Of a DNA stretch of 64,000 nucleotides, positions 31,373-42,067 are shown piece after piece. The position numbers and the translations under genes are program-made. Under the pieces are notes generated by a model. The model ran no database searches and was not told the DNA's origin. It worked only from the letters and a program-made list of their open reading frames with translations. The stretch spans positions 248,001 through 312,000 of the forward strand of contig CDRNVI010000071.1 of assembly GCA_977017575.1 (NCBI GenBank). The letters are read 5' to 3'. Source of the stretch: Paramoeba atlantica (lineage: Eukaryota > Protista > Discosea). How positions within the stretch are numbered: the stretch's first letter is position 1; each line of letters starts with the position of its first letter.

Positions 31373-31812
31373 ATAAAGGTAAGAAGAAGAATGAATCACC
31401 CTAAGCTCAGTTATTGTAATCTTCGCTCAAAAATTAACGAAGTAAAAATGAATAGAAATTTAACTACTGCGATATCAAGTAGTGCAGTAATTAATTTTTA
31501 AATACTACCCGTGTTGTCTTTATAGACGAAAAAATATTTGGTACAAAGGATACAAAAGAAAGAATACGAAGGCAACAAAGGAAAACGGCTCCGCGTCAAG
31601 AAGTACGTTGGACACCAAGATGCCAAGTTTGCCTTTTAGAGGGGTATATGAAGCTGAACACTCCTGTACAATGGCGTAAACTCCACTGTGAGAATCTCTT
31701 GAAGCCGTGAAAGCTCTAAGAAATGTCTTGTAAGCTTGTGTTGTCATTGAAAGTACCATAAAAATCGACGCCATCGAGAAAGTAACTCTCATTTACTCCC
31801 CAGTTGCCAAAT

Positions 31813-32571
31813 TTACATCATGCGGCCTCCAATACTCTTCCAATCTAATTCGAATGATGTCTTCTTTCCAAAAATCTTTTTGTACACCTTTCTTTTCGAC
31901 ACCCTCTTTTTTATTACTTTTTCAGTTGCACCTGCTCTTAAATCTGATTTTACCGACCTTAAGTTCCGACGAAATCTGGTGTTCTTTTTTCTCAGAAGAA
32001 ACTTTTTTCTTGATTTTGAAACGATGTTAGGTATCTTGGAATTTTGGCATAATCGTATACATTTGGGCTTTCTCACTATTTTTCTTGGCCTTCCACTCTT
32101 TTTTGGTGATGTTGGAACGATGATAGGTGTCTCGGAATTTCGACTTGGTTGTCCATATTTAAGCTCTTTAAATATTTTTCTTGGTCTTCCCCTCTTCGCC
32201 TTTGGAAGTTCTGTTACGTACTGCTTTTTGAAGGACATCGATTTGTTTTCTGACCCTATTCTTTCGTGCACTTTCTTTCCTTCCTTTTTTTGGCGATTTT
32301 GGCGATCACATTTCACCGTTTTTTTCCCTAGTGGGGGAGCGTTATTTTCAGTACGAGTGGCAGATCTCTTGATTTTTCTTTGAATTCTAAACCCGTTGAA
32401 CAGATGCTGGATGGACATGTGAGCACGTAGTGCTAGTGAGGAGTCTGGGCCTTGTTCCGCTAGCTGTGAAATTTGTTGCAGCATAGATTTTCCATGTTCC
32501 TTTTGTTGAAATTCCGGATGGTAGGTACCTTTGGATACCAAGCGTAGTTGCATTACTGCTCGTCGTAACAT
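31813..32571 (-). CDS. Basic Lys/Arg-rich protein with two AT-hooks and a mitochondrial-type presequence
   Basis: MLRRAVMQLRL N-terminus; KRGRPRK and SGRPRK motifs in a duplicated segment. Confidence 0.7.
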   Translation of the reverse strand: MLRRAVMQLRLVSKGTYHPEFQQKEHGKSMLQQISQLAEQGPDSSLALRAHMSIQHLFNGFRIQRKIKRSATRTENNAPPLGKKTVKCDRQNRQKKEGKKVHERIGSENKSMSFKKQYVTELPKAKRGRPRKIFKELKYGQPSRNSETPIIVPTSPKKSGRPRKIVRKPKCIRLCQNSKIPNIVSKSRKKFLLRKKNTRFRRNLRSVKSDLRAGATEKVIKKRVSKRKVYKKIFGKKTSFELDWKSIGGRMM

Positions 32572-34319
32572 TAGCTTACAAGTACGCGTTCAAAAAAGAA
32601 TCTTGTCAGCTAAACGTGTAGAACTACTATTTGGAAATATTTTTTGGAACAAGAGGTCACAAGAAGAACACCTAATTTAGAACAAGAGTCATATTTTGCT
32701 GTAAAGCAGTGACAGATAACTAGGGGGCGTGTCATAACCGATATGTAAGGGGTGTAACTACAGTACAGGTGCGACATACAGTGGTCGTCACCAATCCGAG
32801 AGTCACGAAAATGAGAATGACCCTCAGAAAAATGACAAATTATCGTGTCAACGTTCAACTCAAAAAACGCCTTGAAAATGAGAATGGATCAAAGTGATGT
32901 TGTGCTAATCCGGGCCTCTAAAAAGAGGCATCTGCACAAAAATTCAGCTACGGCAGTGGTGGGGGTGATGACCTTGCCGGAGGGGAGACGTTCTTTTTTT
33001 GGGTTCTCTGGATCGAAATCTCAGCGTCTAGGCATTATGGTTTTTAAAAGAATTTGTTTTTAAAAGAATTTAGCATTTTTTTTGAGGCCATTGTCGACTA
33101 CGACAGGGCCATAATAGGAAAAAGTAATCAAAAATGAAGAGTTCCTTCACACAAAAGAAAGATAATAATGATCTTTCACCACAGTAATTTAATCACTGCA
33201 GTGACGTGAGGTTGGCGCAGAGATACATGTACATGATGTATTCTACTTGTACATGATGTATGTCTCTCGGTGTGACGGCCGATATCATCGGCGCATAACC
33301 CGCATATGACGGATATCACACGGAGAGTGGAGTGCGAGGTGAGACGAGTCGCCCATCGGTCATGCTACATCACGTATAGCCATGGTTCATGTTGCAACAC
33401 GGTAAAGCCGTGGATTCATGCCGTCAGATGGTCTATTGTGGGACATGATGCATCATGAGGAGGTCCGTTACTGCCGCACTCGCCACATCATGTAGGGAGA
33501 TAGGGGTGCAAGTTCGCATCCCCTATACACGCATACAACGTGTCCTCCCGCTGTAGCACGCCCAGTGGTCCTCAAGGGGGGGCACCATGGGGCACCCCAT
33601 GGAGCTCCCGGGAGAAGAAAGCGCGAGAAGGAGAGAGCCTGGGAGGGGTGAAGAGTCCGAAGTGCGTTCCCTACTTTCACGACTAAGAGGGACAGAACAA
33701 GGATGAGACTGATTCGTTTTCTTGATGGAGATAAACGTTGCCTTCATGTTACATAAATGAAAATGGAATTCGCGTAAGATAGGGGAAAAAGAAAATTGAA
33801 AGTGGAACGCAAGTTTCAGGTAAGGGAAAGCTATCAGTAAAAACGCAAATTATGAAGCCTGTAGATGAAAATTTAAAGTAGAATTCGTAGCGAAATAGAA
33901 TTCTTAGTTGCAAAAGATAACGTATTGACGTTGTTGGAGCTTTAAGGAAAGTTATGTCAACCAATATACATTGTAATATAAAGGGAATATGTTCTTTAGA
34001 GGAATGTTCACAAATAAGTCAAGCAAAGTTTTGGTAGTGCTAGAAATGCATTGTGTAAGATAATTTTATTTCCATGTGTTGAGACCGTATGTTTTTCGGT
34101 ATTGAGGATTGCAGCATGATGGTATCTATTGGCGTAGTAAACTTATAACAAATATGCGCGCATGGGTTAATCGAACTCGACTATGATAATTTTGCAGCGT
34201 ATTCTTCGAAATTTCGTAATTCACTCATATGTGATAACCAACCCTTTCGGTGACAATCTATTGATTTGTACGATGTAAAAAAACTATCTGCTTCATTCTA
34301 TTCCTTGTTTCCTCCTGGA

Positions 34320-34886
34320 TTAGTAACCACGTCCTCGTCCGCGACCGCCGCGACGCATGCCACGTCCCCCGCGCCCTCCTCGGCTTCCACGACTTCCGCT
34401 GCCCTCATATCCCGTCCACGGACCCTCTCGAGGAGGACCACGGGGTCGCGGGGGTCCAGAGGAACGGCGGGGGTCCTCCTCGTCCGGGACCACTAGCTCC
34501 GCAGGCAGAGGGGACTGATACCCCGGGTGGGTCTTCTTCAGCGGTTTCTTCGAGAGCTTGATGCTGATCACGGAGCGCTTACGTTCACGTCCCTGGGTAT
34601 TCGCCCCTTCCTCGTCCTCACTAGCAGCATCGTAGACGGTCTCGCTGGAGATGTCAGTAACTTGGTGGAGTCCCGCGACGCGACGCTTTACGATCTCGGA
34701 GACGTTGACAGCAATGTAGATGGCACGTCCCATGCCGCGGATGGTGACCTCATCGTAGACCGGGCCCTCCTCGCCGTCCACACCGGGGCCTCCTTCCAGC
34801 AGACGTCGGATGTATGTGATGTACGCCCGCAGGGGTCGGTGCACCGTCACGCGTACTTCATTCGGGGCAGAGTCGCGCTCAGACAT
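34320..34886 (-). CDS. ALBA: Alba-domain RNA-binding protein (Rpp25/ALBA3-4-like) with RGG tail
   Basis: EVRV...YITY...EVTIRGMGRAIYIAVNVSEIVKRRVAGLHQ...ISIKLSK..L...HPGYQ.PLP, followed by RGG repeats. Confidence 0.9.
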   Translation of the reverse strand: MSERDSAPNEVRVTVHRPLRAYITYIRRLLEGGPGVDGEEGPVYDEVTIRGMGRAIYIAVNVSEIVKRRVAGLHQVTDISSETVYDAASEDEEGANTQGRERKRSVISIKLSKKPLKKTHPGYQSPLPAELVVPDEEDPRRSSGPPRPRGPPREGPWTGYEGSGSRGSRGGRGGRGMRRGGRGRGRGY

Positions 34887-35606
34887 AGTGAGATAGGAAG
34901 AGAGTAGTAATAGAAGAAGAGTGGAATAGGTTGATAGTTTTAAAATTAGGTGGCGAGCTCGTAGGTTACAGAAAAAAAGTAGAAAGCAAGAAAAAAGGTA
35001 GAAATTTGCAAGTTTTACAAAATCAATATCACATGCGGGAGTAATACTCTCGTTCGTATACTCAGTATACGAATTACACGCAAGTGTCTAGTAAGTTAAG
35101 TTTCTTTTAGAGGTCAACGTTTAGAAAAAATTGAATACGAAGCAAGAATATAATAATTCTGAAGTAGCGTAGAATTATGTTCTGCGAAAAGATATAAAAA
35201 TAAAAATGAAAGCGGAGCAAGTCTGGTGGAAAGATAAAAGCGGGTATACATTACATTATTTTTAAAAATTACTACTACTTGCGTACTTACTGCTTGTATG
35301 GTTGTGAAAATTAGTTTCTAATTTTAGCAACAATAAAGGAATTTTAGCATAAATAATAGAACAGCAATAAATTATATATATTTATAATTTATATCTAATA
35401 TAGCTATTTTCATACATACATGTATGACATGCATAACAGCCAGGTTTACTACATTTGTATTTTAGTTCGGTTATGCAATAAGCCTTGGTTGTATGTGTTA
35501 CATACAAAGAGTAGCATGTTCTTTAATAATACAACAAATTGTGTGTACATACAACAAATTGAAGAGAAAAAAATATCAAAACTTAAGAAGGTTTGTAGCA
35601 AGAAAA

Positions 35607-37907
35607 TCAAAAATCCATGAAAAAATCCAAATTTGATCCACTGTCAAGTCGCCGAGTTGCTTTTTTAAAATCTGGTGACGTTTTGCGCGAAGAGGCTTTA
35701 ATCCGCCCCGGTGCGGGATGGCTTACTGACGTAGCGGTGATTTTGGAAGTGACTGACGTGCTCAAGGGTTTATGGAGAATTTGCTTACTGACGTGATGAG
35801 TGGTTGCCGGCGTACGCATGGAAGCAACACGGTCTCTACGGTGTACGATAGGACGCAAGTTCGACGCTTCTGTCACACTTTTTCCGGATGCATAACCGTT
35901 GCCTATACTTTCTCGCCGCAAAGAATTAAGTCGCTTTTCTAAGTCGAGCTGCGTAACAGGCGTTTCTCGCTTTTCGGGCATAACTTCGGCTTTTGATGGG
36001 ATTTGAAAAGTGATATTTTTCGATGAGTTAGATGCCATAGCGGGCGATGTCGTCTTTACTTTACGAATCTCGCTGGGACTGCGGAAAAGAGAACGAGCCG
36101 TGCTTATGGCTTGTGCTCGAAATGCAGAAGGAGAAGCTGATGCCTTGTTCTTGCAAATTGAATTCTTCTCTGGCAAAGCAGATTGTAGCCCAGCACCGAC
36201 TTCAGGAGTCCGAGACAGGCTTGCAGCAGGGGGGGTCGGCGGTGGAATAGTAAAGTTGAGTTTAGGGGCATCCTTCTTTAAATTGTACGGTGGAACCACG
36301 GGAGCACCCGGGCATTCGATACAATCACTTAATTTGTTTTGTTGCACGGATTCGAGCGATGTATCACACTTTGACTCTAGAAGTGCTGGACTTCGGATTC
36401 GCTTCTTCGTATAGTCAGAGACTTTGATTGTGGGTACATGTTCTGTGAGTACTGACATTGCATTCGACTTCCCCAAACGTTTTTGAAGGATTTCTAGACT
36501 TTTCTTAACCTCACAATTTGCTTCCAGTGCGCTACGCTGTATGTTAAAGTTGCCTTTATAAAGGATAAGGCTTTCATGCTCCTCGTTTGAAATTTGAACA
36601 CGTTCCTGAAACTCGCGTGAGAGCGTAAAGCTCACCTGGTTCATGTATTGCAGGGAAGACTGTGCTATCCACTCACGACAGTGCTCCTCTTCGCATCTCA
36701 GCCCAAACAGAATTCGCTGCATCTCTTTTTCCCTTCGCACTTCGCGCTTGCGTCTCAGCGCATCGCAATGTTTCTTGTGACAATTTAATTCAATTTTCTG
36801 CTGGGCACTATATTCTTCTTCCAATGACTTCAGTTTCGCACTGCAATTTATAACAGCCTCTTGTTTATTGAATACATATCGCACGATGTGCAATAACTTT
36901 TTAGCGTTTTCAAAAGAAGCCTCCTGAGCTGTGCGAGAACTGTTGCATAGACCTCCAATTTGTTTTGACCATTTTTCTAGCACGCCTGACGTTAGCACTT
37001 TGTTAATCGTGTTCTCGAGAAAGATCATCTCCTCATGACAACAGCTTTTCGTCGCCATCAAACTTTTGCAACGCTCTTCTTCGTGCGCGAGAGCCGTCCG
37101 TAGACAAAGCTGTTCATCCCTTTTCCCTTTAAGAGAAATCTCGAGATCTGCAATGTCCTCCTTTTTCAAAGTTCGTCTCTCAGGAAAATTTGAAATAAAT
37201 TTTTGAAGGGGAATAGACTCACTCTGAATGAGGTTAATTTCAGGGTAAATTACATCAGATGAAGAGAACTTATTTTCAGCTTTCACAGCGCCCCTCTCAT
37301 TACCCTCGTGTAGGACCAATATAACTTTGTCAATTTTCCCCAATTCTTTATCCAAACCGTCGTTTCGGACCTTTTGCCTGTGCAGAGCTTCTGTGACACG
37401 TTTCACGTCGCACGTAAGAATAAGCTGACTAAATTTCAACACCTGTAAATATTTAACAGCTTCAATAATATCTCTACGCTTTTCTTCCGCTCGGTGGTAC
37501 TGCATTTTTTGATTTTGAATTTGAGACTCCAATTCCAAGGCAGAAAAAATCGTCATTATGTGCTGCACACGAGCTTCAGCGTTAGCTCGTAAGCTTTCAA
37601 TGGAAGAACATATATTATGTGCTGCCTCGTCTTGTTCCATATGTACACTCAACTGCAGCTCCAACTTTGTAAGACTTTGCTGAGTCCGTTCACTGGAGAG
37701 CTTATTGTAATATATTCCCTCTTTAAGCTCATTACCTTTGCAGCATAGCTCTTCATGTAGATCCTGTGCCTTAAACAGAGCCTCACGAAACAGGCGGTTG
37801 AGGTTTCGAGACTTCAGTTCAATTTCTTCTTGAACCGCAGTTTGAGCAGCGTTTTGTTGCAGCAGACTGGTAGTACACTGTTCTAAAAACTGGAAACTGT
37901 TTAACAT
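35607..37907 (-). CDS. Hypothetical coiled-coil protein, 766 aa
   Basis: Long ATG-initiated ORF; Glu/Gln/Lys/Leu-rich N-terminal half and Ser/Pro-rich C-terminal half. Confidence 0.8.
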   Translation of the reverse strand: MLNSFQFLEQCTTSLLQQNAAQTAVQEEIELKSRNLNRLFREALFKAQDLHEELCCKGNELKEGIYYNKLSSERTQQSLTKLELQLSVHMEQDEAAHNICSSIESLRANAEARVQHIMTIFSALELESQIQNQKMQYHRAEEKRRDIIEAVKYLQVLKFSQLILTCDVKRVTEALHRQKVRNDGLDKELGKIDKVILVLHEGNERGAVKAENKFSSSDVIYPEINLIQSESIPLQKFISNFPERRTLKKEDIADLEISLKGKRDEQLCLRTALAHEEERCKSLMATKSCCHEEMIFLENTINKVLTSGVLEKWSKQIGGLCNSSRTAQEASFENAKKLLHIVRYVFNKQEAVINCSAKLKSLEEEYSAQQKIELNCHKKHCDALRRKREVRREKEMQRILFGLRCEEEHCREWIAQSSLQYMNQVSFTLSREFQERVQISNEEHESLILYKGNFNIQRSALEANCEVKKSLEILQKRLGKSNAMSVLTEHVPTIKVSDYTKKRIRSPALLESKCDTSLESVQQNKLSDCIECPGAPVVPPYNLKKDAPKLNFTIPPPTPPAASLSRTPEVGAGLQSALPEKNSICKNKASASPSAFRAQAISTARSLFRSPSEIRKVKTTSPAMASNSSKNITFQIPSKAEVMPEKRETPVTQLDLEKRLNSLRRESIGNGYASGKSVTEASNLRPIVHRRDRVASMRTPATTHHVSKQILHKPLSTSVTSKITATSVSHPAPGRIKASSRKTSPDFKKATRRLDSGSNLDFFMDF

Positions 37908-38039
37908 AATATGGTGTATGTACTAAAAAAGAAAGTCAAGATACGATGAAATTCATTGAATCAATTACATCCATGATTCATTTAATTCATAATGATATTA
38001 TGAATTATTACACGTGAATAGCCAAAGTGCAACATTGTG

Positions 38040-38768
38040 CTACGTGCATGCGCGCATGTTTTCGACATACTCTTCGTATAGCTCTGAAAGAATTTTTCGT
38101 AGCAGGAAAGGGTTTAAACCCATGACCCCTTCTCTAGAGCCCTCAAGACGAACTACACACTTTTCCAAATCTGCATCCTCAATTACAAACCCACCACTAC
38201 ATTGCATGGATACCCCTCTTGCCAATAGAGTTTGAATAGTAGCATTGGGAATATCTCCGAAATGAACGCGATTTATGTCTTGAATGTATCTTGCACTACG
38301 CTGTTCATCAGAAGACTTAAAATTGTGCATACCATTGAGATCAACTCTTTCGACACACATCCCACCAATTGTTTCTAGAAAGCTATTTCGATAATCACTA
38401 AGAAATTCTTCGTTTTGATTGCGGTCCAAAGGTTTTTCACGAATCACGCCTTCAAAAACAGTAACTTGATCCCCAGTGACAAGGAAAACGATGTTATCAC
38501 CATGTAATTTTCTTTGACCACTTGATAATTCATTTCGCAATATCTCCTTTACAGCGCTCAATTTTGCATAGCTAATCATTTTTACCAATTCCTCAGCACT
38601 ATCACTGCGAATCAGTTTCTCGTTTATATTGGGAGAAATGCATTCTATAGCGGGAATCTCTTCCAATGTAAAATGCTGACGAATAATTCCAAGACGAAAA
38701 GGTGAGCTAGACCCTAGAATTAGTTTTAACTTGTCGGGGACGTTTACTCCATGTGAAGATTCCGCCAT
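38040..38768 (-). CDS. MAF: Maf-like nucleoside triphosphate pyrophosphatase
   Basis: LILGSSSPFR, INEK, GDQV...IREKP, GGFVIE and GSREGVMGL motifs. Confidence 0.92.
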   Translation of the reverse strand: MAESSHGVNVPDKLKLILGSSSPFRLGIIRQHFTLEEIPAIECISPNINEKLIRSDSAEELVKMISYAKLSAVKEILRNELSSGQRKLHGDNIVFLVTGDQVTVFEGVIREKPLDRNQNEEFLSDYRNSFLETIGGMCVERVDLNGMHNFKSSDEQRSARYIQDINRVHFGDIPNATIQTLLARGVSMQCSGGFVIEDADLEKCVVRLEGSREGVMGLNPFLLRKILSELYEEYVENMRACT

Positions 38769-38857
38769 GACACAATGAATTAATATCTGCTTCAAAAAAT
38801 TATTTTAAGATTATTTTTTTGTACTACTCCCTAAACCCCCGCCCATATTTTAAGAAT

Positions 38858-39490
38858 TTTTAGGTTCTTCGTTAAGCGCGGCGACGTAATGGGTAGAGAA
38901 TACGTCTCCAACCACACCATTTTTCCGACACAAAAAGACTCCTTTGAGTCCGAAAATTACTTTTTCACCTTTTTCGGTCAAAAATGGGTCATTTTGGGAG
39001 GCGCCCTCGTATCAGAAGAATTAATAATTATTCGTTTATAACCTACGTTGCATTTAGACTCTTCGTTAAACGCGGTGGTTGTTTTCAACTTAGAAGTCAC
39101 TCATGCTGCGCGCTTCGCGTTGAAAACAACCACCGCGTTTAACGAAGAGCCCAAAAAAGAAAATTTTCTTGGAAAGCTGAAGAAAACGGAAAGATTATGG
39201 CCAAAAATAGCCGATTTTCGGGTAAAAATGGGATCTTTTTTGTGTATTCTTGCTCTCAGAGCGCTAAATCTGATATTTGCGTGTGGGAAATCACTAGTAC
39301 GCGTGAAGTAAAGCCTACTGAACGTAATGGGTATATAATGCTACTCCAACCACACCACGCTTTCGACACAAAAAGGCCTCTTGGGGTCCAAAAAATACAT
39401 TTTTGCATTTTTTAGTCAAATGTGACGTTTTGGGAGGCCTACCACGGCTCGAAGAAGGGATATCTTGCGAAAACAATGGCGTAGAAAGCT
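38858..39490 (+). repeat. Dispersed repeat family B: partial copy plus full copy
   Basis: Matches 15830-16262; hairpin at about 39056-39155. Confidence 0.8.
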
Positions 39491-39753
39491 AATACCCAGG
39501 GTAAAGTGGACGAGGGAGATACCAAGTGTAGGTGCGGAGGTTTCCACAGGACAAATGGCATCTCTACCTTTATAGGCGTTTGTCTTCATGCCATAAGGGA
39601 GATACCGTATTTCCTGTGGAAACCTCCGCACTACACTTGGTATCTCCCTCGTCCACTTTACCCTGGGTATTAGCTTTCTACGCCGTTGTTTTCGCAAGGT
39701 ATCCCTTCTTCGAGTCGTGGTAGGCCTCCCAAAATGTTACATATTTGACTAAA
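39411..39753. repeat. About 340-bp foldback: GGAGATAC palindrome (39491-39671) flanked by two oppositely oriented family B ends
   Basis: Arms of about 150 bp are near-perfect reverse complements. Confidence 0.85.
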
Positions 39754-40155
39754 AAAAGCCAAAAAGCCGACTTTTCGTTGAGTACTCAACGAACTTCCTG
39801 ATTTTCGTTGAGATCTCAACGAATCTACCCCCAACCCAATTTTTTTTTACCATTTGTTTCGCCAAATTGGATTTTTTTTTAAAACATTTTTCCGAAAAAA
39901 TCCGAACTTGGCGGACCCGTCCTGTGGATACGCGGGGGGGGGGTCACCCCCGGGTAGGGGGGTGAAAAATGCGCGTCAAGACCCCGGCTACCCCTTCTGA
40001 GGTTCTTTTTCGAAAAATATTTTTTTGCAAAAAAATTTGCTCGACCATGACCCCCCCCTGGACCCCCCTTTTTTTTCAATTTTTTTTTCCCGATTTTTTT
40101 GAATTTTTCAGTTTTGGACCACCGGAGCCCCCTTTTATATTTTTTTCTTCTATTA

Positions 40156-41509
40156 CTGTGCCCCCCCCACTTATAGTGCCGCGGTTTTCGACCAAACGGC
40201 ACTATAAGTTGGGGGTGCACTGTGTTTCAGTTCGATTTTATTAAAGTCCATTTATTTTTCACAGAGTACATTTTTTTCAAAATTGGTACATTTGTTGGTG
40301 ATTCGTGACGAAGAAGCACTGCCCCCTATGCTTACCTTCCTCCCGCGCATGCCCCGAGATGCGCACGGCACTCGTCATCGATTAAGAGCGACTTAACTCC
40401 TATAAGACACTCGCAAAACTTCATAAGCTTAACCCCTGGTCCATCATTGAAACTTTTTGCTTTTTTCCTGAAGATTAACCGGAAACGTTTAAGAATACCT
40501 TCCGGGACTACAGTAAAGTAAACACTTTTGGTCAAGGAGGCTAAAGGGCATATGACTGAATACTACAGATTACTTTGCACTCCTTTTCCACGTTTTCTGA
40601 TCTACTTTACTACTGTTCTTCATCCGAAACATTCGAAAAAATACATCCAAAAAAGTTGTAATTAGCTTTTTTAACCCCTACCTGGCTAGGGGGGGTAGAG
40701 GGTCGCTCGAGTGAAAAGGAACTCGGATTCGGAACGATTGGGTCGAAAAACAGTGGTATACCAAATATTTCCAAAATCGGACAAATTACAAGACCTGTAG
40801 GGGGGGGGGTAAAAGACGGTGAACACCACTGTAGCTTTCTACGCCGTTGTTTCCACAAGATACCCCTTCTTGAAACCGTGACGGTGAAAGTGAAGCATTA
40901 TTTCACATAAAAAATATTTTGTTTCGTTAATTTTTTTATGTGTTCTAAGTGTTGCCTTATCATATTTTACGGGCACTGAAAGTATTTTTCTGACATTTGT
41001 TTACATACAGCTGTACTTTTTTCGCGGTGACGGTACGTTTGATAGTGGGAAAGAAGCGCGACATAATCGGCTGAAGTTCGGCGCAGAAATTGTGAAAAGT
41101 AAGCTAAAGAGAGGAAAACATGAAGATTATGCCCTCCGTCGCCTGTTTTAGCACCTCAAATGACATTGCGAGAACGTAGAAATCGTTCTAGAACAAGGGC
41201 AAGAGAGTTAATTTTTTCTTTTTTACTAAAATAGGGCGATAATAAATGTTTTAAAAAAAGTATGAAATAATGCTTCACTTTGACCGCCGTGACACGTCTC
41301 CAAAATGACGCCCCCCAAAATAGGTGTCCTGGCAAAACCAGGCAAAACGTGGCAAAACCTGGAAAAACCCGGCAAAACTTAACAGGTTTCAACCCTCTTA
41401 CTCTACCTTTTTGGTCAAAAGAAATAGGTCAATTTTTCTGACATTTGTTTTTCAAAACGGCACTTTAAGTGGGGGGGTACCCCGCGGCACTATAAGTGGG
41501 GGGGCACAG
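40156..41509. mobile_element. Non-autonomous TIR element, 1354 bp, with TA target-site duplication
   Basis: TA|CTGTGCCCCCCCCACTTATAGTGCCGCGG ... CCGCGGCACTATAAGTGGGGGGGCACAG|TA. The empty paralogous site at about 12140-12165 has a single TA. Confidence 0.9.
41331..41380. repeat. Five 10-bp tandem units GGCAAAACNN
   Basis: ggcaaaacca ggcaaaacgt ggcaaaacct ggaaaaaccc ggcaaaactt. Confidence 0.85.
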
Positions 41510-41617
41510 TATATTACTGTGTTCCTCCTTATATTTTCACTGTTTTTGTTCACTTTTTCAATAATGGAGGGTAGAGTGGTAGTTATACAACCACCGCAAT
41601 AAGGGAACACTAATTAA

Positions 41618-42050
41618 GGGAAGTGTAGTTGGCAGACGGTGGGCCTTATAACCTGCAGGATGGGAGTTCGATTCCTGCTATCGACAAAACTCGCAACCTG
41701 GCGGCCTCACTACAAAGGGAAAGCGATCAGGAGTGCCTTCAAGGCCCACACCGAACCCCGCTCCCCTGGAGTAACGACCCGGAACCGCAGAGCTGAACCA
41801 GGCTCCAGCGCAGCCGCTAAATTGCAAGCTGCTTACACAAAGGAGGCTTGAGATACAGCCTACACGATGCAACGGGGTTAGACGCCCGTCCTGGTAGCTA
41901 CGGTTGGGTAGCCGTGCTCGGGCCGCAAGGCGTCCAGTGCCGTCTGGGAAGGGGGTAGCAAGACGATGAAGGTCGGTGACCTGAGACTCTACCCTAACGG
42001 TTGGCGCTGCATAGCCCTCCGTGTCTTCTTTTTTTGAAAATCATTTTCCC
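41618..42050 (+). ncRNA. tRNA-headed, GC-rich structured unit (SINE-like or unknown ncRNA)
   Basis: A-box-like TAGTTGGCAGACGG, B box GAGTTCGATTCC, head ends ATCGACA; body of about 340 nt; T-run at about 42029-42035; TTAA on both flanks. Confidence 0.45.
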
Positions 42051-42067
42051 TTAATCAGTGTAAATCT

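Larger units (their letters stand above)
39870..41600 (+). repeat. Dispersed repeat family A, copy 2, split by a TIR element
   Basis: 39870-40155 and 41510-41600 join to reproduce 11860-12245. Confidence 0.8.

Noticed and set aside
33540-33625. Possible HDV-like ribozyme
   Set aside because: I could not build a consistent P1/P2/P3 nested pseudoknot.
40290-41210. Stop-riddled coding-like patches inside the 1354-bp element, including a GDGTF motif (MULE-like)
   Set aside because: No supporting downstream motifs; cannot be assigned without a profile search.
41950-42000. GAAGGTCGGTG, matching the RNase P RNA CR-I consensus
   Set aside because: It lies at the 3' end of the unit rather than the 5' end, no CR-V is visible, and trypanosomatids use protein-only RNase P.
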